This document shows, one piece after another, positions 50,910-63,063 of a stretch of DNA of 64,000 nt (the stretch's first letter is position 1; each line of letters opens with the position of its first letter). Below the pieces are notes generated by a model, which saw nothing but the letters and a program-made list of their open reading frames with translations, searched no databases and was not told where the DNA came from. This DNA is from Ramazzottius varieornatus (taxonomy: Eukaryota; Animalia; Tardigrada), in NCBI GenBank assembly GCA_001949185.1, contig BDGG01000003.1, positions 500,679 to 564,678 of the forward strand, in the 5' to 3' direction. The translations under genes and the position numbers were made by a program.

Positions 50910-52119
50910 ATGTTGCTCGCTTTGTGCTCGCTACTGTATCTGACTAGAAGTGGTGCCAAGCCAGTTGAAAATAATCCTCGTACGCAGGGATGCGTAGTGT
51001 CGTCTCCTTCGATGTCGTCCAACAGTTCCCATATGTATACCGATAGCGAACCATGTCTGACCAACCAGTGCAAGATCGATGTCCATCACCACTACGTCCC
51101 CAGCTTCTTTCCCGAAGGTAGGATAAGTCCTCTGGCTGAGTTACCTCGCGCACTGAACGTACAGTACTCTATCGAAGCCGTTTCCAGCGTTCAGGAATGA
51201 AGGAGGGGATCCCAGTGGCTTCGGCTTGCCTGACTGGAATCTACAACTTGACACGCAGTTCTCGAATGACCACGGCATATCTACTCGTATCTTGTCGTTG
51301 TCATCCCCCGGCGTATCTCTGTTCAACAACCACAGCGCAGCCCGAGCCATGGTTCGAAAAGTCAACGAGTACGGCGCTTCTCTACGGGTCAAAGACCCTT
51401 CCCGAATCGGCTTTTTCACAGCACTGCCATCTCTCTTCGACAAGGAAGCGACCTTGGCCGAGATCCGTTACGGCTTCGACGTACTGAAAGCTGACGGTGT
51501 TGGACTGTACACTCGTCACCGCAACGATCGCGCACAAGGATATTACTTAGGTCACCGTAACTTCACCGAGATCTGGGACGAGCTGGATCGGCGCAAGGCT
51601 GTGGTGTTCATTCATCCAACTTACGAACCGACACCGCTGACACGAGTCGAGCCAAACATTACCGCGTCCACAATCGACTTCCCACAGGAGACCACCCGTA
51701 CCGCCGTCGATCTCATCGTTACTGACACGCTGAAGAACCATCCTAATTTCAAAATCATCCTATCGCACGCTGGGGGAACATTACCGTACATTGCTGGTCG
51801 GGTGTCGACTCACTTGTATCATTCTGGGAGAATCACCAAAACTCCGGAAGAGTTTATGGAGGAGAGCAAGAAATTTTATTTCGACACGGCTACCTCTGGC
51901 AATGAACTCACATTGTCGCTGCTAGAAAAGTTCGCCGTTGACAGTCATATTGTTTTCGGCACAGATTTTCCCTATGGACCACAAAGAGCCATCAGCCTAT
52001 CGGTGAAAAAGATTGAAACCTTTGAGTGGAAGGAAACAACGGCTGACAAGGTCAACCGCGATAACGCTTTGAACCTGTTCCCCCGTCTCAATAGGTCCCC
52101 TGGTGGTCAACTTGTTTAA
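50910..52119 (+). CDS. Amidohydrolase_2 family non-oxidative decarboxylase (6-methylsalicylate decarboxylase/ACMSD-like); intron 51118-51187
   Basis: KIDVHHHYVP, GGDPSG, ILSLSSPG, VFIHP, DFPQETTR, ILSHAGGTLPY, FYFDTA, IVFGTDFPY; a 70-nt GT-AG intron joins the two ORFs in frame. Confidence 0.9.
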
Positions 52120-53238
52120 ATGATATTATCTTCGGATGGCAGTTTGGAAAAAGAGGAATTGGCCGATAGCCTCACATGTGCTGTTTATCGGTTGCGGATG
52201 ACGCAGATGAAGGTTGACACCGGTGGCTACTAAAGCTCCAGATCTGATTTATCATAGCACATGGAAATCAAAGGTCGTGTGTGGTAGCGTTTCTGTTCAC
52301 TGTCACCGACGACATGGTACTTCTCGGGTTAGCCGCCAAAGGCATATCAACTCGGTTACTTGAAGAGCGGGACATCCAAGATCGTCTGGATGCCAGGTGC
52401 CCCAGACCATTCAAAGAAATACGATCGAGGTGTGTTCTTACCGGACTCATAGCTGAACATCGACCAGAAAGATCTTCAACAGGCCAATCAGCCTTCAGTT
52501 CTTTCCCATACAACACCGGGAAGTGACTAATGAGGAGGTTGGTCAGGAGGGTGCAGAGACCACTCCAAACCGTCGAAAGGAACATGACCTTGGCGGCCAC
52601 CAGACGTTTCTCGATCAAACGTCTGATGATCTAACCGTAAACCAAATTTATAGCACCGAACTTCATTTTGGTTGAATAGGAACCTTGGATTTCAACAAAA
52701 GCCTTGAACAAACGATCAAACTGATTGGTGAAAAATGGTCGCCATCGAAGAACTATTTGTTTTCTTTGATTATTGTGTTTGATCGTTTATCCGAGGCTTC
52801 GTTTAATTCGCGAGGTCACTGATTCCACAGCAGGGGTGTCTTCGCCTCGAAAAGACAACAAAATATTAGAAGAGAAGCCAATGTTGTCATTATTATACTA
52901 AAGTGCCATAAGATATGCGTGTTAATCTCTCGATAGTCGTGAACTGATTACTTGCAGTTAGTTCTGCCTAGCCAAAAATATATTAATTCCGCGTTTCGTT
53001 TGTCCTACCAACAAAAATGCCAAGCTCATCGGAATGCCGATATCCCAGCTTGTACAATTTCCGTCCAGGGTTGTCCTCGTCTTCCGCCTCATCTTCATGG
53101 CGCCAAACTACATTGAGGTTCTGCTTCGCTCGCTCATTCCCCTTCTTCTCTTCCATACTAGAACAGATCGGAACTTTGCTACAATTAAGATGAATATCTG
53201 CTCACGTTCTCATACATGATACGCGCGAAAGAGGTGAC

Positions 53239-54717
53239 TTACGTGGTCGAAGCGGCTACTTTGCTTCGCACCTCGAAGCTCTGTCGTTCTCCCAGGTTCC
53301 GCACTCGTTTCATCAGTCGAAAATACCCTGATCCATTCGTTGCTGCCTCACGTTCTCTGCCTGGCTCCGTTTCCACACTACGACCCACCCTATCTCTACT
53401 TCGGTCGCGCTGGTCTTCCGGGTTGGATCGTCGGGCAGCGTGCCGATCTGGAGTAGGCGATCGCTTCCGCCGCGCGTCATCCCGTCGATGGATTCCGTTA
53501 TCTCTACCACTAACTTTGACCAGCGGGTCGCTTTGGCGTCGCGAAGCAGCTGAGGGGGGAGCGGAGATCGCGCTCAGTCGAAGAAGAATGTCCTTCTCGG
53601 CACTTACTTCCGGTTGACTGGTACCAGCTACAAGCATAAATATCGTCTCGGACTTCTGTATCAAATCACTTGTTTTAGCGCAGAAATGACCAATAAACAA
53701 ACTGTAATCCATATCCAGTAAAGTTTTGGGCATATTTATACCTTTTCGCGGAAGCTCTGTGGAACTTGAGACTTCAGGAGCCTGCTTGCGATCGCTCTTT
53801 AGCGAATCAATGCGTGGATCCTTGGGATACTGACTGGCACTATAAGACGGATAATCCATTTTGTGACTGGCTGTAACGCTATTGAGACCGTTGGGCTGCG
53901 GATGACTTCTGTCAATATGAGCTCGCGCTTTTACGAGACCTGGTGCTTGAACAATGTCCAGCGTTCGCAGCACTGGTTTCACGAACGAGTTCAGAGCGGG
54001 AAAACTCGGCTGGGTTGCCGCTCTGAAAATAGGCAAGTTTTCGGCTCTTTTAACAAGCCCACCAGCTGGTCTACTCGAAGAACCGACTGGTGGCTTCAGC
54101 GTGGTGGCCAGGCTATTTTGCTGGCTTTGAAGAGGCTGATGATGGCCGATTGAGGACTTCGTAATATTCACGACAAACGGCACTGACATTTTACTTGATG
54201 GCCGCTTAACTTGGCTGGCTAGGTTCTTCGTAGGCTCGTTGACTACTCGTTGTGGAAGGCTTGTAGGCTTCGGTGGCGTCACTTGGTTGACAGGTTGGCT
54301 GGGAATGTTCGCGAAGGGTTCTCCAATCTCGACACTACTTTCCACTTCCGTTACCGGTGGAGTGCGCATGGCTTGTAGGACATCCACGAAGTTGAACCCC
54401 AGAGAGACATCTGGCGTTTTGTCGAAGTACGGTCGAGCTGCTGGAACGACAATGGAAGCTGGGACGACAAACGGGCTGGACGGAGCATGATAGGCTGTGG
54501 AGATGGGAGGGCTGAGGACCGGAGGACTTGAGGGTAACTGCTGTAGACGGGTGGCCGGTGATCCTGCCGAAGTAACGACGCATGCTGGCGGCGTTGAGGG
54601 ATATTCTGGTGAAGTCTGAGTTGGAGACGGTACAATGACGGTCGACGGCTTCCGAGAAGGCCGAGGAGTAAAGACTGGGTTGGATATCTTTTCTGATGAA
54701 TTCCCCCTAGCTCGCAT
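53239..54717 (-). CDS. Uncharacterised Pro/Ser-rich, Arg/Asp-rich low-complexity protein; probably part of a multi-exon gene
   Basis: 492-aa open frame with disordered composition and an RRKRSPTP/RDRSRDR segment; splice-like signals near both ends; no recognisable domain. Confidence 0.55.
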   Translation of the reverse strand: MRARGNSSEKISNPVFTPRPSRKPSTVIVPSPTQTSPEYPSTPPACVVTSAGSPATRLQQLPSSPPVLSPPISTAYHAPSSPFVVPASIVVPAARPYFDKTPDVSLGFNFVDVLQAMRTPPVTEVESSVEIGEPFANIPSQPVNQVTPPKPTSLPQRVVNEPTKNLASQVKRPSSKMSVPFVVNITKSSIGHHQPLQSQQNSLATTLKPPVGSSSRPAGGLVKRAENLPIFRAATQPSFPALNSFVKPVLRTLDIVQAPGLVKARAHIDRSHPQPNGLNSVTASHKMDYPSYSASQYPKDPRIDSLKSDRKQAPEVSSSTELPRKGINMPKTLLDMDYSLFIGHFCAKTSDLIQKSETIFMLVAGTSQPEVSAEKDILLRLSAISAPPSAASRRQSDPLVKVSGRDNGIHRRDDARRKRSPTPDRHAARRSNPEDQRDRSRDRVGRSVETEPGREREAATNGSGYFRLMKRVRNLGERQSFEVRSKVAASTT

Positions 54718-55104
54718 GTTGCCTCCCTAATGGACGACCTGCAGTTACAAACTTGATATTGATAACGTCATCACAAAATTCTTTGATGAAAAGAGATAAT
54801 ATGAAATAATACCTCTTGTAGATAAACGAGTACGCACGGCGGAAAGGGGTTAACGGAAATCCAGGCGGAACTTCCCACGATGGCGAAAATACCCATAGAC
54901 AATCACGAAATAAAGTCTGACCTGGAGAAAGTGTGCCAAAAAGTTTCCATAAGATTTTCGTGAAAAGCTTGTCTTAAAATTCCTGACTGCGGTACAATGC
55001 GAAAGCCGGATCCTTGTCACGGAAACCCCCACGAAGTATCACATGGCCCTGACATGACCAGCGTGACGTCACCGCAGAAACGTCATGTCCCTGTGGTGTA
55101 ATGG

Positions 55105-55154
55105 NNNNNNNNNNNNNNNNNNNNNNNNNNNNNNNNNNNNNNNNNNNNNNNNNN
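55105..55154. other. Assembly gap (50 N)
   Basis: Run of n. Confidence 1.
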
Positions 55155-55537
55155 CCAAGCCAGCTTGCAGAAGCTCCCATAACGAGAACCAGTGTTCCCT
55201 TAACCGCAGCGCAACATCAATGTAGTCGGCACGTCAAGAAGTCTGCGCGAGGTCAGCTTTTGATGTTTTTTTTAGCTTCGATGTTCCACGACATCATCGC
55301 AGTAAGAACAGAAGCCCAACTTCAAGAAGCTTCTCACAGAACTACAAATTGCCTAACAAGTAAGAAAGATTTTTCTATCGAACTTCAGTGTAGTGCTAGT
55401 CTAACATTCAGTAAACCAGAAGGTGTGTGAATAAAATAAGAGCAACAAAAAGTGTCCGACTGGAAAATTTACATCGAAGAAATGTGTAAAATCTTCACAT
55501 CAAAACTTCAACTCATCAACGTTTCTTCCTCTTTTCC

Positions 55538-57140
55538 TTATTTCTTTGCCGGTGGCCTACAAGAGAAAGAAGCAACATCAGATTATCATCCGGGAAGGCG
55601 AGCCAAGGTATTTTTACCTGTACTGACCAGCCACGACGGCGTGATCACGTTCGTACGGTTCCAATGTAACTTGTTCCAACGGTTTGATTTTCTCCGACTG
55701 GAGCTTCTTGACTTCTTCGGCGAAGACTGCTTCAGGTTGTGCCGTACTGTCGATGCAGTTGGCTTTGATGGAAATGACGACGTGACCGCCATTCTTCAGG
55801 TAGTGATGGGCATTGAGAGCGACGATACGGGCTTGATCAGGCTGTGCCACATCGGCGAAGATGACATCGACCATGTCGACAATCATCCGATACTTCTGGG
55901 GATGTCTGGCATCTTCGATGATCGGGACGATGTTTGTCCTCTTCTTGGCGGCGTTGATTAGGTCGCGACCCGATCGGTGTGAAAACTCCACGGCGTAAAC
56001 CAATCCTTCCTGAACGCGAACAGAAGATCAATTTTTTCGCACAAGGCCGTGCCAATGTTTTGCAACTCAAGGTCGTGCTGAGATGTTCGTCTCATTCCAA
56101 GTTCCAACGGCATTCGCTTCGTAATTCTTACCTTCCCAACGACGTCTGAAACATGTGAAACAGTAGTCCCAGAAGCAGCACCAAGGTACAGGACTTTGCT
56201 ACCCGGCCCAAGCCAGATATTCTCGATGCCAGCCATCACAGCAGCAGCCAACTTTGAACGGAAAGGGTTCCAGATGCGATATTCAGTCTTCGCTCCATTC
56301 TCTCCCTACAAAAACAGACAGACAGTTTGATAAAAACATTGGCGCAACCATCGTACTTCTTTCCTACCGAAGAAAATCCAAAATACAAACGGCAAACAGC
56401 CAAGAATAAGAAATAAGCCGACTGCAGGGAGAAAGCGTAAGACGGCACAGATCGATACTGAGTCCACTATCAAGGCCGTGTCGAAAGAATCAGCTGGTTG
56501 CTTCTTCTGCTTCCCGTCGATCCAAAGCACGTCAGGAGACACTTCGCTGGATAAAAATTAACTCACATCAACGCTGATTCTCTTCTCTCCGTAGACAGAG
56601 TCTCCGGGTGTTGAGTTGATGGTGCACAGAGCGTCCTCCTTGCCTCGAGAGACGAAGATGCCGGGGTGACGATGTGGTTCAACGACGACAGTTTTGCCTC
56701 CTCTCATTCCACCACCACCACGTCCTCCACCTGTGACAAAACGCTCGCAATTCTGTCTGAAAATCGCAGCGATATCAACAGGAAACTTACGGCCTCGTGG
56801 TGCTCCTCGTCCGCCTCTTCCACCCCTTCCACGATCACCGAAGCCTCCTCGGCCACCTGGTGATCCAAAGCCTCTACCTCGTCCACCGAAGCCTCCTCCG
56901 CGTCCACCTCGATCTCCTCCGCGGAATCCACCTCTGTCACCCCCGCCAAAACCTCCTCTATCTCCTCCACCAGCTTTGAAGCCTCCGCGATCGCCAAAAC
57001 CACGGCCACGCGATCCACCGCGATCACCTCCGCGAAAGCCTCCACCACGCGCCGGACCTGCAATCACACCTTTCTAGTACACCACACTCAGTCCGTGATC
57101 TTCTACTCCGCATGAACGGCTACTTACGATCGAATCCCAT
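55538..57140 (-). CDS. FBL: rRNA 2'-O-methyltransferase fibrillarin, multi-exon
   Basis: GAR (RGG) domain, [75 protein letters not shown]. Confidence 0.97.
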
Positions 57141-58141
57141 TGTTGCTTCTCTCTTTCAGATAGGGACAGAAGAAATTACGGGATACGGGAAGCAGTTGAG
57201 CAAGACAACGACGTCAAAAGTCAAAACTTCGAACAGGAAAGCCGGAGAGGATTTCGCAATACCACTCACTGGTTCAATCAAGCTAAACTCCCAATCAATC
57301 AAGTTGGAGTTTTGCGCAGGTCAGCATGAAATTACTGCTCCTTGCTCGTTTAACCTGATTGGCTCACCCAATATAAATGACCAGTCACCAGCACGAGTCA
57401 GCGCAATGGAACCGCTTGACTGAATTCCGTCCGCGTGTCAGTCAAATCAAGTGAATCAAACGAAGCTCACCACGATACACATACCGCAGCCATGACATCA
57501 GCGGCGGTATTCTTAGCTACAGGGCAAATTACCGAAGTGTGCTAAAGCTGATCAGCACAAGTCTGCGTGAGTGTCTATCCAGGCCAGTGAAGGCTGCGCC
57601 GGCAAGTTTGTGTGTCTGTCTTGTTTGAAAGTGTCGAGTGCAAATATTGGCTTCTCATCCCTAGGCCGATTACGCCAAGGCAAACGACGAGGAGGAAGAC
57701 CTGACGCCGACTCTGGTGGATCTTTTTCACTTCAACTTTCTTAAACTCAATAAAGCCAAAAATACTTTCACGTCAGAGTATAAAAATTACTTGAAAATCT
57801 TCATCGATGACACTTCACGGCAAAATGACGACAGAGAGAGAAGAGAAAGAAGTACAAAACAAAAAACTATGCGCAACGTCAAGAGATTCTCGCGGCTGCC
57901 ATTTTCTGTGGAACACACCTTCTTGTTTCTTCACTTCACAAAAGACAAGTTAAAACGTGATATCAATATAACGGTTAGAGACTTCCTTTGACAACGAAGG
58001 CAAAAAAACCAACATGGCGGATAAAATGGCTAGAAAGAAGGGGAGGAGCTACATACTACAACAGAAGGGAAGCGAGAGAGAATGGGGCGCGACGAACTTC
58101 TTTGGCAGCCAATGATGAGACATGACCACAGTCCAGCCCAC

Positions 58142-58768
58142 CTACAACGTCTTGGGTCCCGCCAGCTCCTTGCGCGACATGACGAACGAACCGATGAAGA
58201 GGAGGCCGTTGAGGATGGCGATGGCTCCAGCCGCGATGCGCAGACCCTCATTGTCCATGATCTGTCGGCTATAGCTGTCGTACTTCCACTGTACCGTCAT
58301 GACAATCTCCAGGATGCCGGCCGCCAGCAGCATCAGGGCCAGCAGAAGGTTGGCCACGTTCTCCAGGGTGGTGGCTTTGGGGATGATCATGGCCGACGTG
58401 GTGTGGAAGAGGTACGAGATGAGGATGATAGCCAGCACCGTGATGACCGCCGTGTGGGCACACAGGAAGAAGACCTCCCCCACCAGGAACTGCTCGCGCA
58501 TGTACGACAACCAGGGATGCTGGGGAACGGGGTTGGGGTTCAGCGAGCCTTCCGTCGTAATCAGTGGCCGGTGTTCTTGGCGCAGCGAGGCGATTAGGCC
58601 CAAGGCCACGGCAGCCAGGATCAGCTCGACAATCTTGAGGATGCCGGGAATCTTGCCCAGGTAGTTGGAGTTGAAGCCGGGCGTCGACGTGATGGTGGCG
58701 TTGACCGAGTTGGTCTGGTTCCCCTTGGTGATGCTGTAATTCAGCGTCTTGGTCGTTGTTGTCACCAT
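58142..58768 (-). CDS. MARVEL-domain four-TM protein (CMTM/plasmolipin-like)
   Basis: FNSNYLGKIPGILKIVELIL signature and four hydrophobic helices ending AAGAIAILNGLLF; a splice acceptor near 58797 implies upstream exon(s). Confidence 0.85.
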   Translation of the reverse strand: MVTTTTKTLNYSITKGNQTNSVNATITSTPGFNSNYLGKIPGILKIVELILAAVALGLIASLRQEHRPLITTEGSLNPNPVPQHPWLSYMREQFLVGEVFFLCAHTAVITVLAIILISYLFHTTSAMIIPKATTLENVANLLLALMLLAAGILEIVMTVQWKYDSYSRQIMDNEGLRIAAGAIAILNGLLFIGSFVMSRKELAGPKTL

Positions 58769-60968
58769 TGTGGCGGCGGGCTTTTTCGGGAGACTTCCTG
58801 AAAGAAAACAAACACACAGACTCAACAAGGAGCAAGGAAAGACGGTCGCGTCGGGACTATCGCTGGGGAATATTCCGGCTCAACAGAGACACAACGGCAA
58901 AATGGCAGAGATGCAATGTCCGTACGGCGTAAATGGCAACTGACTGAAAACTGACGAACGTAACCGGCAGACGATGGCAGCCTTTTCAGCCATGATGCAA
59001 AATCCGGTTTAGCCGGGAAAGCCCGCCTTCCTTCTAGCCCGGCATTGGCTGGGCCGGCCTGCCGGGGTAAATTCCCATGGCGGCAGTTCGGCCCCTCTTC
59101 CTGCTTGACCCTCTTTCCGCGAATCATGCCTGATTTATGACTGGTCGATCGCTATCAGTCATTGGCTGGAATCCACCCTGCTTACGGGCTCAGTGACTCA
59201 TGTGAAGGAGCCTGGCTCATGCCTTCTATGAAGGGTGCATTCGGTACAAACATCTGGATGACGTCAGGCTGGTCTGACAATTGTGCACGGCCTTTCAATG
59301 TAAAGTTTGTATATGGTTGAGCTTGCCATGGTCGAACCGGGAACTTGGGAAAGATGATCGAGTTCTCGGAAACTGGTTTCTCGTCCCGCGAGCGAAATTT
59401 CTGGGTCATTTAATCTATTTTGGGATTTGGATCAGAGGATCCAGGCACGTACGCTGTTTGGGAGAGTGGCGTGAGCTCGTATCGGAAATCAGACAAGCTC
59501 TCACAGAGGCTTTTCGTCTAACGCTGGAAATAATTTCATAGAGTCGCGCAGGCTGCAATCAACATTGCTGCGGAATAAATTGCAGAAGTTTATCTTGCCT
59601 AGTAATTTTCATTGAACAGACAGCTTGCAAGAGAGTGTTCCTGCACCGTACAGCATTCTGGAACTGGTTTTGGCGGTGAGTAAATTCTTGAGTAAATTGC
59701 CGCCATTAGGAATGCCGGTGAGCAGCAGGGTTATCTGGCCTTATAGCGGTGAATTCGCTGACAGCAGGAAAATTAATACCGCAGAAGTCTGTTTATCTGG
59801 TTGTTTGAAATCGATTGTTTTTTTTCATGGTGAATAAAGAATGAGAAATCGTGTCGGAAGTCATTCGCCCAGTCATCGGCATGAGTGATGCTTTGTAAAG
59901 ACGCGACAGTAATGTGGAGTGGACATAATCATAACTTTGTCACTTGGCGCATTCATCAAAACCGCTCACTGATCAGATTAGGCCTGTGTGACGTCATGGC
60001 GAGTCGACGCTGTAGCCCAGGAACGCAATAATTACTACACAGTTGGACTCACGAGTCACGATTTCCTGGTATGCGGTAATTATCGACTTTCCGACGGTCC
60101 GAAGCGTTAATTAACTCTTGACCGCAGCTGGAATTTATTCCATCTCAAATTGCTTGGAAATGACATTGTCAAGCTTCTGATGAAGAGGATGAAGGTTATG
60201 GAAACAGAGAGGCAGAACCCGAAAACTGAAAACACAGCAAGAAAGACGACGACGACTTCCATTCGGCCACGCGTGCATTTCGGTCAAAAGGAAACGAAAA
60301 CCGGTCTGGCGCCTATTTTAAGATGCCTCTCACGATTGCATTCCTTAGCGATTATTTATAAATCTCTCCCACACACAAAAGCCACGTTGAAGTCTTGTGT
60401 AAAGTTTTTATTGAGAAAAGAAGGCAAGAGAAAATGGCGTCTTGAATGACTTGCGCTGAGAGAAAATCGGTGATGCACGCAGGTGACTGACGTGCGCAGC
60501 GTGCCATGCGCACCACTCCGGTGTGCACTCCAGGTCTTCCCTCTGGACTATTCCCGCCCTTGCTTCCTTTCACACAGTAAACAGTATCTTTACACAGCAA
60601 TCAATTCAAGGAGAATTCCCCTTGCAATTGGGAACTGGGCTACTGCAGTCGAATTACCGTACGTGCTTTGCGTTGATCGGGCGCAAGCTCTGTCATGAAC
60701 CGCGCGATCGATGATGTTCAAGGGAGCTCTTCCTGCCAGCAAGCCACTTCATGGCGTGCAAACATCTGTCGAGAGCGGCCATTCTGAAATATTTGAATAT
60801 TCAATAACGAACAAAGCTTCTCAATAATACGCGATCGTTTTCAGGCTCGAAACTATCCGCAAAAAAGTTGAGAAAGCCTTCTTAGATCGACAGATGGACA
60901 ACTTCGCCGACGAGGAAGTCTTTTCGAACTGGCGCAGCGATCAACTCAATCAAGTGAGACGTGGGTAG

Positions 60969-61031
60969 CCATTGGCGCACGTGTGTAGCGTTGATGGCTG
61001 CAAGAATGCGCCACTGGGGGAAAACAATCTG
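60969..61031. repeat. Palindromic module (upstream of the MARVEL gene)
   Basis: CCATTGGCGCA, spacer 60980-61006 (27 nt), TGCGCCACTGG. Confidence 0.82.
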
Positions 61032-63063
61032 ATCCATATGGTTCTGATTCAGTTGATCGCTTGAACACAGCATGGCATTTTTTGTCGCTCTTTGGCTCCT
61101 CTGGATCGCCGAGCTTTGATATGGGTTCAGTTGGTGTTCGCGAGCTTCGAACACGCTGTGGGTCGTTCGTGAGCGATAATTTTGCGGCGAAAGAAAAACA
61201 AGAGCAACACTCGGCACGTTACGCACTAGCAGCTACTTGATAATGGCGTGGATTGTCTTGTTACGTAACGTGATACACGAGGAAAACAAGCTGGCGTGAT
61301 ATTTGATGTCTGACGCCGCGAGTACTATGATCTCCCGCCATGGTAGCTGGGCGATCCGCTACGGATAGAGTGATGGTTCACTGTACGAACTCTTGCACTA
61401 CGCGGATGCTGAGGAGCAAGTCGTCGAACGGAGAGGCGAAGAGGCCTCACGCACGCACACATGCAGTTTCCGCACGTCAGCCATTTCGCTCTGCAATTCC
61501 ATGCTCGTTCATCATTTCTCCCCTGTCAAGGTCGCTGGTAAAAATATCCCCGAGAGATGAGCAACACGAGCTACCGATTAACTAATCTTCCTCACCAGCC
61601 ACATTCACATCTCCGGATCCACGCCCGCAGCGCGTGCAGTGTAATCCTGTAATTAGTTTCGCGAGGAAAGCCAGAGAGCATCGTTCCATCAACTCGGTCA
61701 ATCCACAGGTCCTCCAATCAACTGAGCCACAAGCTATTCCGGAAAACCAATCAACGGTTGCCAAAGGAGTACGTTGACGTCTGCGCGGAGCAGTGGAATG
61801 GTTCGATTGATTGGACCAGCCCTCAGTAACTTGATTGACTTCTGAGTTCTTGTCGAAGACTGAGAGCCATCTACGCGCTCGCTTCTTTCAATTCCTGCAG
61901 AACTGTGTCGTAATTTCCGGTACCAGGAGTGGTGATTGTGGTCATGGAAGCGATATGACTAGGTAATGAGTTATTTGCACCCACGCGTGGCTTTTATGGT
62001 CGCTATAGAGTGCAATTAAGTCTTGTTCATTGCTTCTTCTGCCAGAGAAACACTTCTTTCAAGTACCACGCATTCCTCTGGCCAATTATTCAGTCGAATT
62101 TGAACTTAATGAATTACAAGATATGAGTATGTAACGAGCCACCTTATCGCAAGGTGGAAAGCTGGAAGAAAGTGGATTTGGAAGGACAACTTCCGTGTGG
62201 TTTGCAATATCATTCCTTGGCTTGATTAATTGATGAAGCAGAGAGGAATGACAAATTCCCGCGAGGATCATCACGGTTAAGCCTACACGAGTAGCGACTC
62301 TCTGTCTCTCTTGGAATTTCAGTGTTTTCACAAATGTGTTACAAACAGTCATGCGGAACACCCAGAAATGAACCGCTTCAAGGAATGTCTGATGGGTCAT
62401 TGGAGTGAGGCATCTAGGTGGAGGATCTGGCGAGATAGTAGAGTGTACAGAGAGGAATGCAATGGATCTGGTGTTTGTTGCCTGTCGATAGCGTGGATTA
62501 TTTATCTTGACAGGAAGTGCCTTTGGCACATGGCCGTATGTCTCCACATGGCTGACGGACTTAAGTTTACTACCCCGACTCATCCCATGATTTATCAAGT
62601 TGATCCCTGCATCGCAGACCAGGAAGTTTGTGATAGCTGTACAGGCGAGGTTGCAGAATGAATCTGAATCACACCCAAACAAGGCATGTGATTCCATATC
62701 AAGTGTCCTTCCCTACAACGTTACTTCCTGGCGTCAGCGAACCAACAACTTCACCAAGTAACACAATTCAGTGTTCATGTCTGTTTTATTAGAATTCATA
62801 CCGAGGTTAAACTTCGAGCTTCAGCAGGCTTTTTCACTATCGGTATAGTTTCTCAAAGAGGAGAGGAGTTCAAATTTCAGACAATCAAAACAAAGATCGA
62901 ATTCAAGAAGGAACCGCCATCATCAAAGATAAATAGACAAAAAGCAAATCTATTTAGAGGCACTTTAAACCGGAAGGAAGTCAGAGGGGAACGGGAAGGA
63001 GGAAAGAGGCCCTTACTTAATGGCACACCAAATCAACTCTAACGTCTTCCTCACCACAGAGTA

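Noticed and set aside
55087-55104. GTCCCTGTGGTGTAATGG resembles a tRNA 5' end with an A box
   Set aside because: It runs straight into the N gap and no complementary acceptor stem is visible afterwards; cannot be supported.
56307-56570. Intronic snoRNA in the longer fibrillarin intron
   Set aside because: No clear C/D or H/ACA box arrangement seen.
56558-57077. Pro-rich + strand ORF and other long antisense ORFs (for example 58082-58597, 16430-16837)
   Set aside because: Shadow frames of the fibrillarin GAR, MARVEL and Gly-rich coding sequences.
62086-62697. Overlapping 203-aa and Cys/Trp-rich 116-aa ORFs
   Set aside because: No recognisable domain, signal peptide or supported splice structure.
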